DNA of 64,000 nucleotides from Callorhinchus milii (lineage: Eukaryota), in NCBI RefSeq assembly GCF_018977255.1, contig NW_024704742.1, positions 27,530,001 to 27,594,000 of the forward strand. The letters are read 5' to 3'. The notes beneath the pieces are model-generated. The model had not been told where the DNA came from, made no database searches, and saw only the letters and a list, made by a program, of their open reading frames with translations. The position numbers were made by a program, and so were the translations under genes. Numbering within the stretch: the first letter of the stretch is position 1; each line of letters starts with the position of its first letter. Of this stretch, positions 25,651 to 37,400 are shown one piece after another.

Positions 25651-27479
25651 AACGGAAACGAAACGACTGGTGAGAAATTTCTCTTATTGTAATGTGTAAC
25701 AACCTTCCCTGAAAGCAGAACAATGGTAATATCATTGTATCATTGTATTTAAATCCATCGTAGACTTGTTCAGAGTGGAAAGTATATTGTTCTGTTTTAT
25801 GTACTTTGTACATAAAAAAACAATGTTAATAAAAAATTCAAAAATAAGCTCTATGTTTTAAAGTGCTCCTTGGTGTGCAATATCAGAAATTACTTCTATT
25901 ACACCACGGGTTTGAGTGCAAATTGTGGAATATAGAGTGCGAACTTGTACGATGCTTCAGAAAATCATAAGCGAGAAACCTATTATGGCTGTATAAAATC
26001 TTGAACTGATGGTATGATTATTTAGTTTTGATCTGTTAGCTTACAGTTTTCAATATTTTAGAAAGAACATACTTTGAAATCTTAAAATATTATAAATAAT
26101 TCTTGCATTTAATATCTATTGAAGGTTTTGAACAGACTTTTCTCCAGGACCAGTTGGTTGACTGTTATGCAATGTTGTGCAGCATTGGCTTCAAGTCATT
26201 GTGCCCCGACTCCCTGGAACTCCATCCCAGAATCCCTCCAAATCGTTTGCTTCCCTCCCCTCATTCAAGGCTCACCTTGAGACTTACTTCTTTGACCACC
26301 TTTTCGGTCATGCTTCCTCTACCTACCCCATTTGCCTTCCCACCCCCAGCTCACTTGTCCAGCCAGCAGTTTCGAGCACTTTGAGACATCCTCTTGAAGT
26401 GAAAGGTACTATAAAAATGTATATTGTATTGTATTTAATTTGTGGAGTGACTTTGAATTGTGGAAGTGGACAGAGGAGATAGAAAACAACTTATTTTACT
26501 CAGTTAATAGCTAGCAATTTGTGAGTGGAAATGCTCTCGATTTGACAATTTTTTGCACTCAGTGGTGATCAGGATTTTTAAGAAAATAGACTTCAAAGTT
26601 GAACATTTGACTTTTTATTTAAAGAAAATGGATTGATTACTGGAATGAATTCTGAATTTTTTTGCAATATCGAATCAAATTCAAGAGCTTCATCTCACAT
26701 TTAAAGACCTCCATGATTTTTCCGCACCCTACCTGATCGCAACGAAAAGGCCACTGTCAAGCGCTCCGGGACGCGACCCGGTTGAAGGGCGTTAGATAAA
26801 TGTAAGTTGTTGTTGTAGTGCGATCGAAGCCAGGAGCTGCTGTGGATTTCTTCAGCAAAGAGCACTGAAATCCTGAGCTGTTTTGAGCGGTAGTCCATGT
26901 AAAGAAATGAGAATTGATAAATTTCCCCATTTGCAGGGAAAGATGTTCACGGATTGAATCTGACCAAGGAAAGATTTGATTTAGAGAGGAGATGCAACAG
27001 TGAACACAGTAGTTTTCTGCATGATTGGCATTGGATAAAAGTTTATTTAAATTTAAGTAGCTATCGGACTCCATACAGCAAATCTCATGCAATATTCCAG
27101 TACAACAAAAGGAGATGTTGTCATGTGGGTCTTTTAAGTCTCCAGAAAACAGCTGAAGTTTAGTTACATTGTGCTCACTACACTGAAACATCTGAATAAC
27201 AGAGGGAGAGAGAAATAGGTCACTACGTCACTGTGTCACTTAAAGTTAAATGGACAGCAATGTCACTCAAAGTTAGCTGCATGCAGCATGGTCGGTTAAC
27301 TTCCTCGAAGCTGTCTTGACAACATTTCAAAATATTTGCTCTAGCCTAAGAGGATTTGATCAAAGAGAATTGTATATAATGTGATTGTCTCTTTAAAGAC
27401 CAAGTTATGTTGCTGCCTAGGACTGTTAATGGTGTCAACTTGTTCTGCATAATTTCCCTTCAATTCCTTCCCCCAAAAA

Positions 27480-28150
27480 AGTCACAGAATTGTAGTGTAA
27501 TTCAGGTGAAAGCTTCAAAGGCACTGCATCCTGAAAAAGATTCTTACCCTAACTGACTTGGACGTGTACATAGGTATACTTTCAATGATTATTTTAATAG
27601 ATATCAATCCAGCCAAGTGAACAGTTCTTGTTCATTGTTAACAAGATGGTTGACTTTGAGGTTATTTTTGGATTTCGGGGTCAACATATTCATCTATGGA
27701 GAACTCAAAGAAGCACTATTTTTATTTCCTGGTTCTGCGGGTTATAATCTAATTTTCTTTCTTTTTTAAGGTTGTTTGGGGGGGAGAGAAAACCCTGGTA
27801 ACCCTCAGTTTCCTTGTTGGTATTTTGGTGAACAACAATTACATTGAGCAGCATATTGCAGATCTTCAGAAAACCCTACAGATGTTTATTATGAAACTCG
27901 TAGGAACCTCTGTTTACCTATAAGCAACTGAAGTGACATCTCCTCGAAGAATCAGTTGTATTGCAGACGTTCTGGAAGTTGCCAAATGCCCTTCGATGAT
28001 GTACCTTTGTGGTTAATATACATAAATTCTGACTTGGCAAACATCTTCCATTTCAAACAAATGTTAAGAGAGTGCACTCAGCAACTGAGGAAACCTTTCA
28101 TAACAAAATATGTTTAACGAAAATAGCACCAATCTATTCTTCAGCTCAAT
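27480..28150 (+). pseudogene. Decayed Gypsy/Ty3 LTR-retrotransposon pol, reverse-transcriptase region
   Basis: Ordered remnants, with stops and frameshifts: EKDSYP (cf. KDAYPLP), TIFISWFCGL* (cf. TAFxTPxGLY), FLVGILVNNNYIEQHIADLQKTLQ at ~27810 (cf. YLDDILVFSxxxEEHxxxLxxVL), LQTF/LEVAK (cf. LQSFLGxAN), TEETFHNKICLTKIAPI (cf. EEAFxxLKxxLTxAPIL). Confidence 0.6.
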
Positions 28151-28619
28151 GCACAAGGACATAAGAACTTTTAGGACCCAAAAAGACGATTAGGCTTAAT
28201 GAGCACATCCCATTTGGACAGTTATCAGCCTCACTTTTCCTGCCTTCCCATCAAATCCTTAATCCTTCCTCTTTCCAGAAGTGAATCAATTTGCTGATTT
28301 GAACTCAATAGTGTCTGAGAGACGACATTAATAACCTTCTCCACAATTCTACTGCAGTATGCTTTACATTTTTTTGTTTGATTTCCCTTACTCCAAACTT
28401 CTCATTTTAAACTGCGCCCTACGATTTTGACCTTTCAATGTAGGAGACTCCAAGATGCTACCACATATAAATGCAAGTTGCTTTTGTTCTTCATTACAAT
28501 GAACACTCTCGCTTGTTCAATGTTGTCGATCCCCTTTTACATAGTCCTTATTCTCATATTGAGGTGAAACCCCAATTTCCACTAAAGAAAGTAAAATGTT
28601 TTAATGTAGCTTAGATTAT

Positions 28620-29330
28620 CGAGATACAAAATCTATGTTTACTATGACTATAGTTGGGACTGATGAAATGCTCCAGGCATCTTTTCTTTCATTGGCAGGA
28701 GTCCTGAGTGGAACATAGTGGCAGCAATGTTTGTTGAAGTTAGTCAGTTGATCTAATCCTGATGGAAAGTTTCAAGAACTGTTTAAATATGGAAAAAGGC
28801 CTTTGCCCAGGCGTTCCAAGTGTGTGTAACCAGGTCAACCTGACCATATCATATCAAGCCAACTGCACTAATGGAACACAGTTTACTAGATGGGCCACGT
28901 GAAAAAGTGAGGCTATAGGCATCATGGAATCATTTCCGAGAAGTTAAAAAGAGAAGCAATTTAATTCTTGCGGTGGTTGACCGGTTTACAAGATGGGTCA
29001 ATTTTTTGTCTTCTGTGGACAGCTACCACCAAATTTGTCAGTTGGACGTCTGCAGGATAATGAGTTTTGGAGGCAGAGAGTTCTTGGAGCACTTGATGTT
29101 AGATTCTGGATCACAGTTTATTGCTTCACTTTAGAAAACCTCTCCTCATGCTTGAGGTTGGATCAGAAACTCCCCTTGCATGCCTCTGACATACTGCTGT
29201 GAGTGAACCACCAGAAAAGTTAAATCAGTATTTTGAGGCAATGTGCAAGTTGACTGGATAAGGTGGGTTGAAAATTCATCCATGCTTGTTATGACATTAT
29301 CCTCCAATATTAGGAAATAACTGAATTTAG
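28620..29330 (+). pseudogene. Decayed Gypsy/Ty3 integrase core (rve)
   Basis: 28961-29134 reads LILAVVDRFTRWVNF...EHLMLDSGSQFIASL*. This matches the YxLVVVDYFTKW...SDNGxQF integrase motifs with the expected ~40-aa spacing. Upstream GP..EKV..IMESFPRS resembles PWExxxxDIMGPLPRS. Confidence 0.75.
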
Positions 29331-29658
29331 CCCAGCTGTGTTATGTTGTATTGAAGGCTTTTTTTCATTTAGTTTGATGGGGAGTTGTAGAAAAGTATAT
29401 ATGTTGCTGAGATTAAATATTTGGAGCTCTATTCAATATATGTGTGTACACATATATATATATATATATATATTAAAAATGCAATTAAATAAGAGTTGTA
29501 TAAGGATTCACGCACATTTTTGAGTTGAGAAGCATTATAGGTTCCTTGATGCAATTCAGTTTATGGAAGTATGAGCAGTTCTTTAATAAGATTAAAATAT
29601 GGTCACTTGAATTCTTGAGGGCTTCCATTGGAGTGAGTCCATTTTGATTCACACTTAC

Positions 29659-29708
29659 CTCCAGGTGGAGGCAGTGCAATTTATCCTGTCTCAACTCACA
29701 TTTGTACT
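29659..29708 (-). CDS. Candidate small internal exon (50 nt, phase 1-0)
   Basis: Consensus donor GAG|gtaagt but a weak acceptor (aatgcagagtag|). Encodes (Q)YKCELRQDKLHCLHLE, in phase with the 30619-30780 and 20769-20949 exons. Confidence 0.2.
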
Positions 29709-29852
29709 CTACTCTGCATTAATTTTTACCATTATAAACACTTATCTTTCTTAAGTTATTTTAAATAATCTTTCTCTAAATTATTACCTTCGTTAATGTA
29801 CTACAATACAACAGAAATGTATGTAAATGAGAAAAATAATACCAATAATCCT

Positions 29853-30165
29853 TAATAATAATCCTTGCATTTGATAAAGCGCTTTTCACGTCGGGAGGAC
29901 GTCTCAAAGCGCTTCACAGAACACACTGTAAAGTGAATTGACTGTATATTTGTGGGCGAATGCGGCAGCCAATTGCGCACAGCAATGTCCCACAAACAGT
30001 CGTAGATTGAAAATGACCAATTTATTATTGTTTTTGGTTTTGGAGGGATTATTATTAGGCTCTGTGTGAAGTAAGGAAACTTGCCCAAGGTTTCGCCCTC
30101 TGCCTGGAATTGAACTCAGGTCTCTCACTTGCAAAGCGAGTACTCTAACCACTGAGCTACAGGAC
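29853..30165 (-). mobile_element. tRNA-derived SINE family A, short form, full length
   Basis: Near-identical (reverse complement) to the copies at 40245-40566 and 54825-55145. Confidence 0.92.
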
Positions 30166-30618
30166 AGCTACTGGACCAAGAATATCTTTTGCAAGTGTTT
30201 CCTTGAAAGACTAATAATTTTCAATTTCTGATTGATTTGCATGTTTCAAACCTATTTGGTACAAAACCTTAAATTAGCTATTTTTTTAAAGTGTTAGACG
30301 GTAGAGTGGCTATTGCAGCATGACAATTTTCAGAGCATATTTGGAAGATCATATAATAATAATAATTCTTGCAATTGATATAATGCCTTATCACATCTTC
30401 GAGACATCTCAAAGCGCTTCACAGAATATACTGTAAAGTGAATTGACTGTATATTTTGTGGGGAAAAGAGGAAGAAGGTAAGTGTATATAACAGTTTTGT
30501 GTGTTGTAGGCTTATAAATATTCACAAGCCATAATTTTCAGTGCAAGACTTTAGTGTAACTGTCATGATCTAAGGAGGTATCTGTCCAACATACACTACA
30601 AGAGAGTTGTACACTAAC

Positions 30619-30780
30619 GTGGCTTTGCATGATTAATAAGGCCAGTGTCAAATCCTGATGCAAATGTAACCACAGTCTGGATTGAGGATTCACCTCTATT
30701 CAAAACCTTTTGTTTGTCTTTGTAGCAAAGCACCAATCTACAGACAGATGTCAGTTTCATAGCAGATACATATTTTGCAC
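30619..30780 (-). CDS. Candidate internal exon (162 nt, phase 1-1)
   Basis: Long polypyrimidine acceptor tttctttcatgttttgttcatcgtatcctcag|, donor CAC|gttagt (alternative AGAG|gtgaat). The only open frame reads (G)AKYVSAMKLTSVCRLVLCYKDKQKVLNRGESSIQTVVTFASGFDTGLINHAKP. Confidence 0.33.
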
Positions 30781-32047
30781 CTGAGGATACGATGAACAAA
30801 ACATGAAAGAAAAACAGTATAATAGGTCTACTTTTACTTCTACAGTAACCCTGGCTGATTCCCAAGTTTCCTTCTTGTCGGATTAAACCGTTGCTTTGTT
30901 CTGAGCTGGAAGGTCAGCCTCTCCCATTCTCAGAGGAAATTCCATTGTAACTAAATTATTTTGAGCACCAGCCTTCTCTTATAGTTAGACAGAAGGGTTT
31001 TCCCTCAGACAACAATCCAGCCCTTTACACTTATTTCAACTGGTGATCAGGGTACTGACATTTTTTAAATATTAATTTTACTTCTCATAGATGGGCAATT
31101 TCATACAGGGAATTTGCAGATGAAACATATTAGATGTAACAATCAAAGAAATTGGAAATCAGTACATCAAAAGAATCCAATGAAGAAAAGATCAATTTAA
31201 TGCAATTTAGAAAAACAACGAATAACTACAATCTCTTCCCACACAGACACCACAGAGTAACAACTTACTATAGCACCCTTCACAGAGGATCACAGAGGAT
31301 AATGTCTCAGAGCGCTTCATATTGGTGGGGTTGGATGCTGACCTAGGAAAGGAGTGGGGAGGAAATTGACCCCAAAATGTGGTCAAAAAAGGAAGTTTTA
31401 AGGTGGGAATAGATTGCTAGGAAGAGATGTAGAGATTAGGACACTAGACTCATTGTTTTATTAAAAAGCAGCTTGTGCTGTGATGGGTGTTTTGGATGGA
31501 TATGATCAGCTGGGCCGAAGGGCCTTCTTCAATCAAACTAATCTTGTGATCTTGTGATTTAAAGATAGAAAGAGAGGCATGAAGCTTCAGAGGTTGGCGT
31601 CATAACGGCTGAAAACTCAGCCGCGGATGGTGATACAGTGGGGAGGCTCACAGCAGACCTGTGTTAACTGAGTGGAGGGAATGGGCAGAGAAGTGGGGTA
31701 AGAGCAGATCAGAGAGAAAGGGAGGTACTGGGATGTGAAGGGATTTCACACACATGGGATTTGTAACAGTCGGACAAGGAGAACATGGGAACATAGGAAA
31801 ATGTGTTATTTGTAATATTAGTAATGGGGAGGATGCTAATAGCAAATACAGAATCAGACTCCAGGTGTAACATTCCTTCTATCGTGCACTGACAACGTAA
31901 ACCACAGGAAGGCCCCATTGCAATGCGATGGGTGGGAATCCCTAAGATTCTTTTATTATGCCTGCTTATATTGCTCATATTGGCTCAAGATCAAAGGTAG
32001 AATCAGTAAAAATAAAAGAAAGCAAAAGAATAGGAAACTGAATAATA

Positions 32048-32357
32048 TAATAATAATCCTTGCATTTGATATAGCGCTTTTCACATCTTCTAGACATATC
32101 AAAGAGCTTCACAGAATATACTGTAAAGTGAATTGACTGTATATTTTGTGGGCAAAACGCTGCAGCCAATTGCGCACAGCAGTGTCCCAAACAGTTGTGG
32201 ATTGAAGTGACCAATTTATTATTGTTTTTTTTTCTTGAGGGATTATTATTGGGCGTGTGGAATAAGGAAACTTGCCCAAAGTTTCGCCCTGCTGGGAATC
32301 GAACCTAGGTCTCTCGCTTGCCAGGCGAGTGCTCTAACCACTGAGCTACAGGACTCC
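32048..32357 (-). mobile_element. tRNA-derived SINE family A, short form
   Basis: Complete head (..ccactgagctacaggactcc) through to the (TAA)n tail. Confidence 0.92.
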
Positions 32358-32506
32358 TTATAGAATATAGAAGTTACCATTCTCAAAATGTCATTTCAAC
32401 AGCAAGTTCTCAGTACCAGCAAATTGTACTTGTGTAAGTGTGTTTGTGTGTGCTTCAGATCTATTACAAGTCTCTCTTCTTTTTGTTTCTCTTCTCTCCT
32501 CCTCAC

Positions 32507-32564
32507 CGATAAGCTTTTTCCGAAACCGGCAATCCAACAATCTCCTTTCTTGTTCTTTGAACAT
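32507..32564 (-). CDS. Candidate small exon (58 nt)
   Basis: Acceptor tgaatgattccag| and donor TCG|gtgagg. All three frames are open; the phase 0-1 reading MFKEQERRLLDCRFRKKLI(G) joins 30619-30780. Confidence 0.22.
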
Positions 32565-34044
32565 CTGGAATCATTCAAATTTGGGGACTATATAGCGTAA
32601 AGAAATTTTAAAAATTGTCCCAGCCTCCTCTTAGTCTGTGTCAAGACACTATCAATACTTAAACCTGTTTTACCTCATTAAATTTTATGGGGGACTAATT
32701 TTGTCCAAAGAAACCTTATGTGCTGTGTTGCTATGATTTATATATGACAGTGTTTAAGAGCTATATAGGAGGGAAAAGCCAAATGAGCATTGTGAAAACT
32801 GCAAATAAAATGATCAAGGAGCTATGAAGACCATCGCTCTGTGTTGCATGGTCATCATTATTTGAGCTGTTATAAAACCCAAAGTTTCCAACGATAATGC
32901 TTTGGAGAAAGCATTAACAAACTGTTGATGTTTTAACTTGTGTTAATTTTTATCTGGTTGAATTCTTACACGTGATCTGATTAATGTAACAATACAGTTT
33001 AAATATAACCTTATCTATGTACATAGGTAGTGACCAAATTAAAGCAAACAAAACCGAGTGCCATAACTGTTCTCCTAAATTAAGTACACAGAGTTTTGCT
33101 AGCATCAAATTGTTTGCTATGGAGGAATTTAGAAGCAGAGTGTGGCAGCAGAGATCTGCAGACAGCAATGTGGAACTACTTCATTGAGATACTGAAGCTG
33201 TAAAAATCAATGAAGGGCTAAGAATCTATTTAGGGGTGGGGGGGAGGGAGGGGGAAGTAAAATAAAGGGACAGCATGTAACCAAAAAGATGGATCATTAA
33301 AAGCTGAGAGATGCAACAGTGAATGAAACAGTTTCCTACAGGGATTACACTGAATTAAAAGATGATTGTGAAGATACATGGTGTTGTAACAAATTGCACA
33401 TCAACAGTATGGCTGTAATCTATTGCAATCCACCTGTACATTGCATCCTTCGCTTTGGTTTTTATTTGAAGCAATGAACCACACTACCTACCACAGTGTT
33501 AATAATAATAATACTAATGCTTAAACTTGCTGTAGTGCCTATCACGTTGTTGAGATGTGTCAAAGAGCTCCACAGGAATTTACCTGTCTGTATTTTGTAG
33601 TTGAACACAACAGTCAATTTGAGCACGGTATTGTACTATAAACATCCATGAAGTTATTAACCAATTGTATTTGGTGGATTGTGCGCCAGGACATTGGAAG
33701 AAACCCCCTTCTCAAATAGTACCATGAGAACTTTAACATCCACTTGAACATGCAGTCGAGACCTCGGTTTAATAATTTATCCAAAGAAAGGCATTTCCTT
33801 TGGGCTGAATAAACTTATTGTACATATATATTGTACACAACATATTAAATCATTTATCACAATGAGAAGGGTTTCATTTCTTAAAGCTGGTTGTATGAGA
33901 TGCTTAGAATATTGTACCGAGGGGACTGTGTACTTCCTGCGACAGACAGATACTGAATGCACACAGAGTTATGGTTCACAAAACAAGGGGCTTATTAAAG
34001 TGGGAAAACATCAGAACCCCCAGCATCCCTAACAGACACAGAAC

Positions 34045-34497
34045 TGTAACTGGATGGCGTATAAGCACCTCGGTTTCATAGTCTGTGTCCTCATAGCTTG
34101 CTAATATTCACAGTTCCCACCTTGCTCAGGTACTAATTGACAAGATCTCTCAGGCACTGTGGTCAACAATCCCGAGCCTTCTCCACAGCAGCCTGATCTT
34201 GACAATATGGCAAGGCCTTGTTACCCCTGGCCCAATTGGACCTGATTCCCTGCAGGTCCAGAGGTCCCCGGGGGGTTTGATCCAGGTGTTGCAATCCCAA
34301 GATTTCAGAACACCATTACCCTAGAGGATTCCAGGATCCTGTATAGTGCTGGTGCTCCCGAAATCCCGGGATCGCAACCCCTAGTTTGGTCAGAGCTTTT
34401 GCTTGACTCAAGCTCCGACTCCCTTTCGGGTTCACTGCAAAACCCCTGCTGGACTGACCTCACGTCATACTCGATCTACACATTTCCATCTGTTACA
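34045..34497. mobile_element. Solo-LTR-like element
   Basis: Begins TGTAACTGGATGG and ends CCATCTGTTACA (TG...CA with imperfect terminal inverted repeats, Gypsy-like). No clear TSD. Confidence 0.45.
34283..34383. mobile_element. hAT-type MITE (101 bp, almost fully palindromic)
   Basis: Arms CAGGTGTTGCAATCCCAAGATTTC and GAAATCCCGGGATCGCAACCCCTA, flanked by an 8-bp duplication GTTTGATC (34275-34282) / GTTTGGTC (34384-34391). Confidence 0.75.
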
Positions 34498-37400
34498 ATA
34501 CGATGATACTTGCAGTTGTTCACAAGTCAGGATCCTGTGACTACTCCAAAGATGACAATAACAGTTTGCATGAGTAGGCCCTTCAGCCCATCTGATATCA
34601 TCCTTCCAGGATTTCCACCATATCATTGTCCCATCGCAGCATTAAGCTTTTTTTTAAATGAGTCCAGTGTCATTCACATCAGGATGATATTTCAGTGTTT
34701 CACTGGATTTACTACGAAGTGTCTAGGAGGTTTGAGATGGCCCCATGCCCTTATATCCACAAATGGCTTCAGATGGATCAGAATTAATTATTTTACAGAG
34801 AGAATGATAAATATGTGGAATGCAGGCTGCGGGGGCAGATTGTGTCAGCAAGTTCAAGTCGGAATTTAGCAAAGAATTCAATTGAGGCATGTGAGAGTGA
34901 GATGATTTTTTAACAACAATCTGCATTTATATAGTGCCCTACATGTAGGATAATATTTCAAAATGCTTCACACAGCTGTGGGTGGACACCAAGCGAGAGT
35001 GAAGGGGGAGGAGGACTACCATGCCCTTTCTTCAGCCCTCTAAATTTCTTAGTTCCTAATGATATAGAATGATGGAAACATCTACATGTGTGCACAGGAC
35101 AGTACTGTACATTCCTCTGAAGGTGCATCATATCTTTGTAACATCCTGTGTTTAATGCATTGCTATAAGTGCTTTTCAGATAAAACCATACAAAATTATG
35201 TGTATCCTCTGTAGCTCACGGCATCCTGGCTCAGGGAGAGCTGAACAGATTCAGAAACAATTTAGCTGTGCAGAATCACAAAGCTGTGATCATTATTTTA
35301 AAACCATTCATTTCTTTTAAAAATCTTTGTAGTGTCTTAGATGAAAGGAATTAGGATTGGTTCTACCTTGACAGTTACTCCGAAGTCTTAAACTGTTATT
35401 TTGAAAGATCCTTTCTTCATGTCTGTTGAATTAAAATTTCACTTGATGGCAGGAGCCTGCTATCCACGACTGTAAAGTGGCTCCTTTGCATTCTGCATCT
35501 GCTCAACTGGTAATACTTATTTCAAACTTTGCTGCCAGTATCTTGAAGAATAAGCAGATGCAACAAACAATGAATCCATACCAAATGATTCTCCTCAATT
35601 GCAGCTTGTAGATCGGAGTTGGGAGGGTATTGTCTTCTGATTTACTTTTAACTCGTTCCATTCACAGTTCGATCCAGAGGAGCTGTTCGTGCTCATGTTT
35701 AAGCTTTCCCCGGCAAAGCTTTCTCTTTAAGCATCAGTGGTTCAGTTGCTAGCTCTCCGAAACAGAAAGTGGACTTCTTTGGCTCACCTTTCTTTACTAA
35801 CTGTAATTTTGCTAAAGAACCGTTTTCCATTGTTCCACATCATGCTTCATCCCCATCATGTCCTTGGCTTCAGCTTATTTTTCCTATGTCTGAGAAAGGT
35901 CATACTTGACCCATTCAATCTACTGACCCAGTAACTTTAGATCTGTTATTTCTAAGGTTATAGGCAAGGTTGTTAATTCTAAAACTATCTATTAGTTTGA
36001 TAATACAGGCCTGATCCACAATCACAAATCTAATTTTCAGCATTGATTCCACAAAGAACTTTTATGCATTTGTGAAGCACCTCTGGAAACATTTTGACCT
36101 TCCCAACCAGGTGATTCAGTGACTCATTTGGGCACGTTTGTGGAGATAAGAGGGACACAAGTGGCTTTCCTTGAGTCAAGTGATTCACTTCGCAGGCTTG
36201 GCTCAGTTTTGCTACTTGTCTGTAGTGATTAGTTGGTTTGCTCTGCATTGCGCAATCCAGCATGATCTGTGGACAAGAGTCAAGAGCAAAACATTGTGGA
36301 GCTTACAATTAAAATCAGCTTCTCTTTGCAACACCCCCTCCCCTACCATCATACCAGAGTGAGGTTAGTTTGGGCAAAGGGCACACTCCACTGCTTTGTA
36401 TAGTCCTTCCCTTAGATATTGCAAAAGCTCCAGGATGCTACCTTGCATGAAGGGCACTTTATGAAGGCAAGTTATTGTTGTTGTTTCATACTCTTTGTTG
36501 AGCCCAAAACCGATTTTTCTTGAGCCTGGAGGATTTTTCTTGAGCCTGAAGTTGCCTTTGACATAAACAAGAATCTTTTCTTAAAGCATCTAATGTTTTC
36601 TATTGGCCAAGTAACTAGTTTGGGGAATGTCCTTTTTAGGAGGTTAACTTCTGCATTTTGAAAACAAGCTTTGCACTGTTTGTATGACCTGCACTCCATC
36701 AAGGATTGCTGCCAGTGAGCAAAATATATTTGAATGCATGTATCATCAGGATTTAATTCACATGGTAAAGAGAATGCATTCATCAGGGGATCAATAGGAC
36801 AATGCTAATCTGCGTTGAAGAAGTTTGCTGCATTCTTGAAGCCCAGAATCGTCATCGATTGCATTGAATTTGCGCCAAGATTTGCCGCAGTGTCACTTTG
36901 CTTGAAATACTTGTGTGTTGTGCCTTAATCCCAGTCTCTGTAAAGCACCAATGAGACAGTTTCCATTTCTCACAGCAGTCACGTTGATGATCTCTTTGAG
37001 TGGCATTGCTGAATTATTGATAATTAGTATTAAATATAGTAAACCAGCAACAACTGTAAACTGGACGGAGCCTGCTCAGAGTCATTTCACTTATTTTACG
37101 AACTTGACGTATACATATAATAAATAGTTCTTGCATTTGGTATGGCGCCCTTTCACATCGCCATGATGTCTCAAAGCTCAACATAGGATTATATTGTGAA
37201 GTGCAGTGACTGTCTATTTGTAGGTGAAGGTGAACTTCCATTGAAGATACAGCCAACTTTTCCATGCATCTTTCTGGGTTGGATTCAAAACCCAGGAGGT
37301 CCAACAAATTGCAATGTGCAGTGTGTCCATTCCACCCCCCAACACACACAAACACACACTCCCCAGTGCCACGGAACTTCACTGTGGAATACTTTTTAAA

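Noticed and set aside
29852..30152. Recurring similar ORFs such as MGKFPY.../...[10 protein letters not shown]... (also at 40261, 54905, 31975, 9546)
   Set aside because: They are translations of SINE copies, not a gene family.
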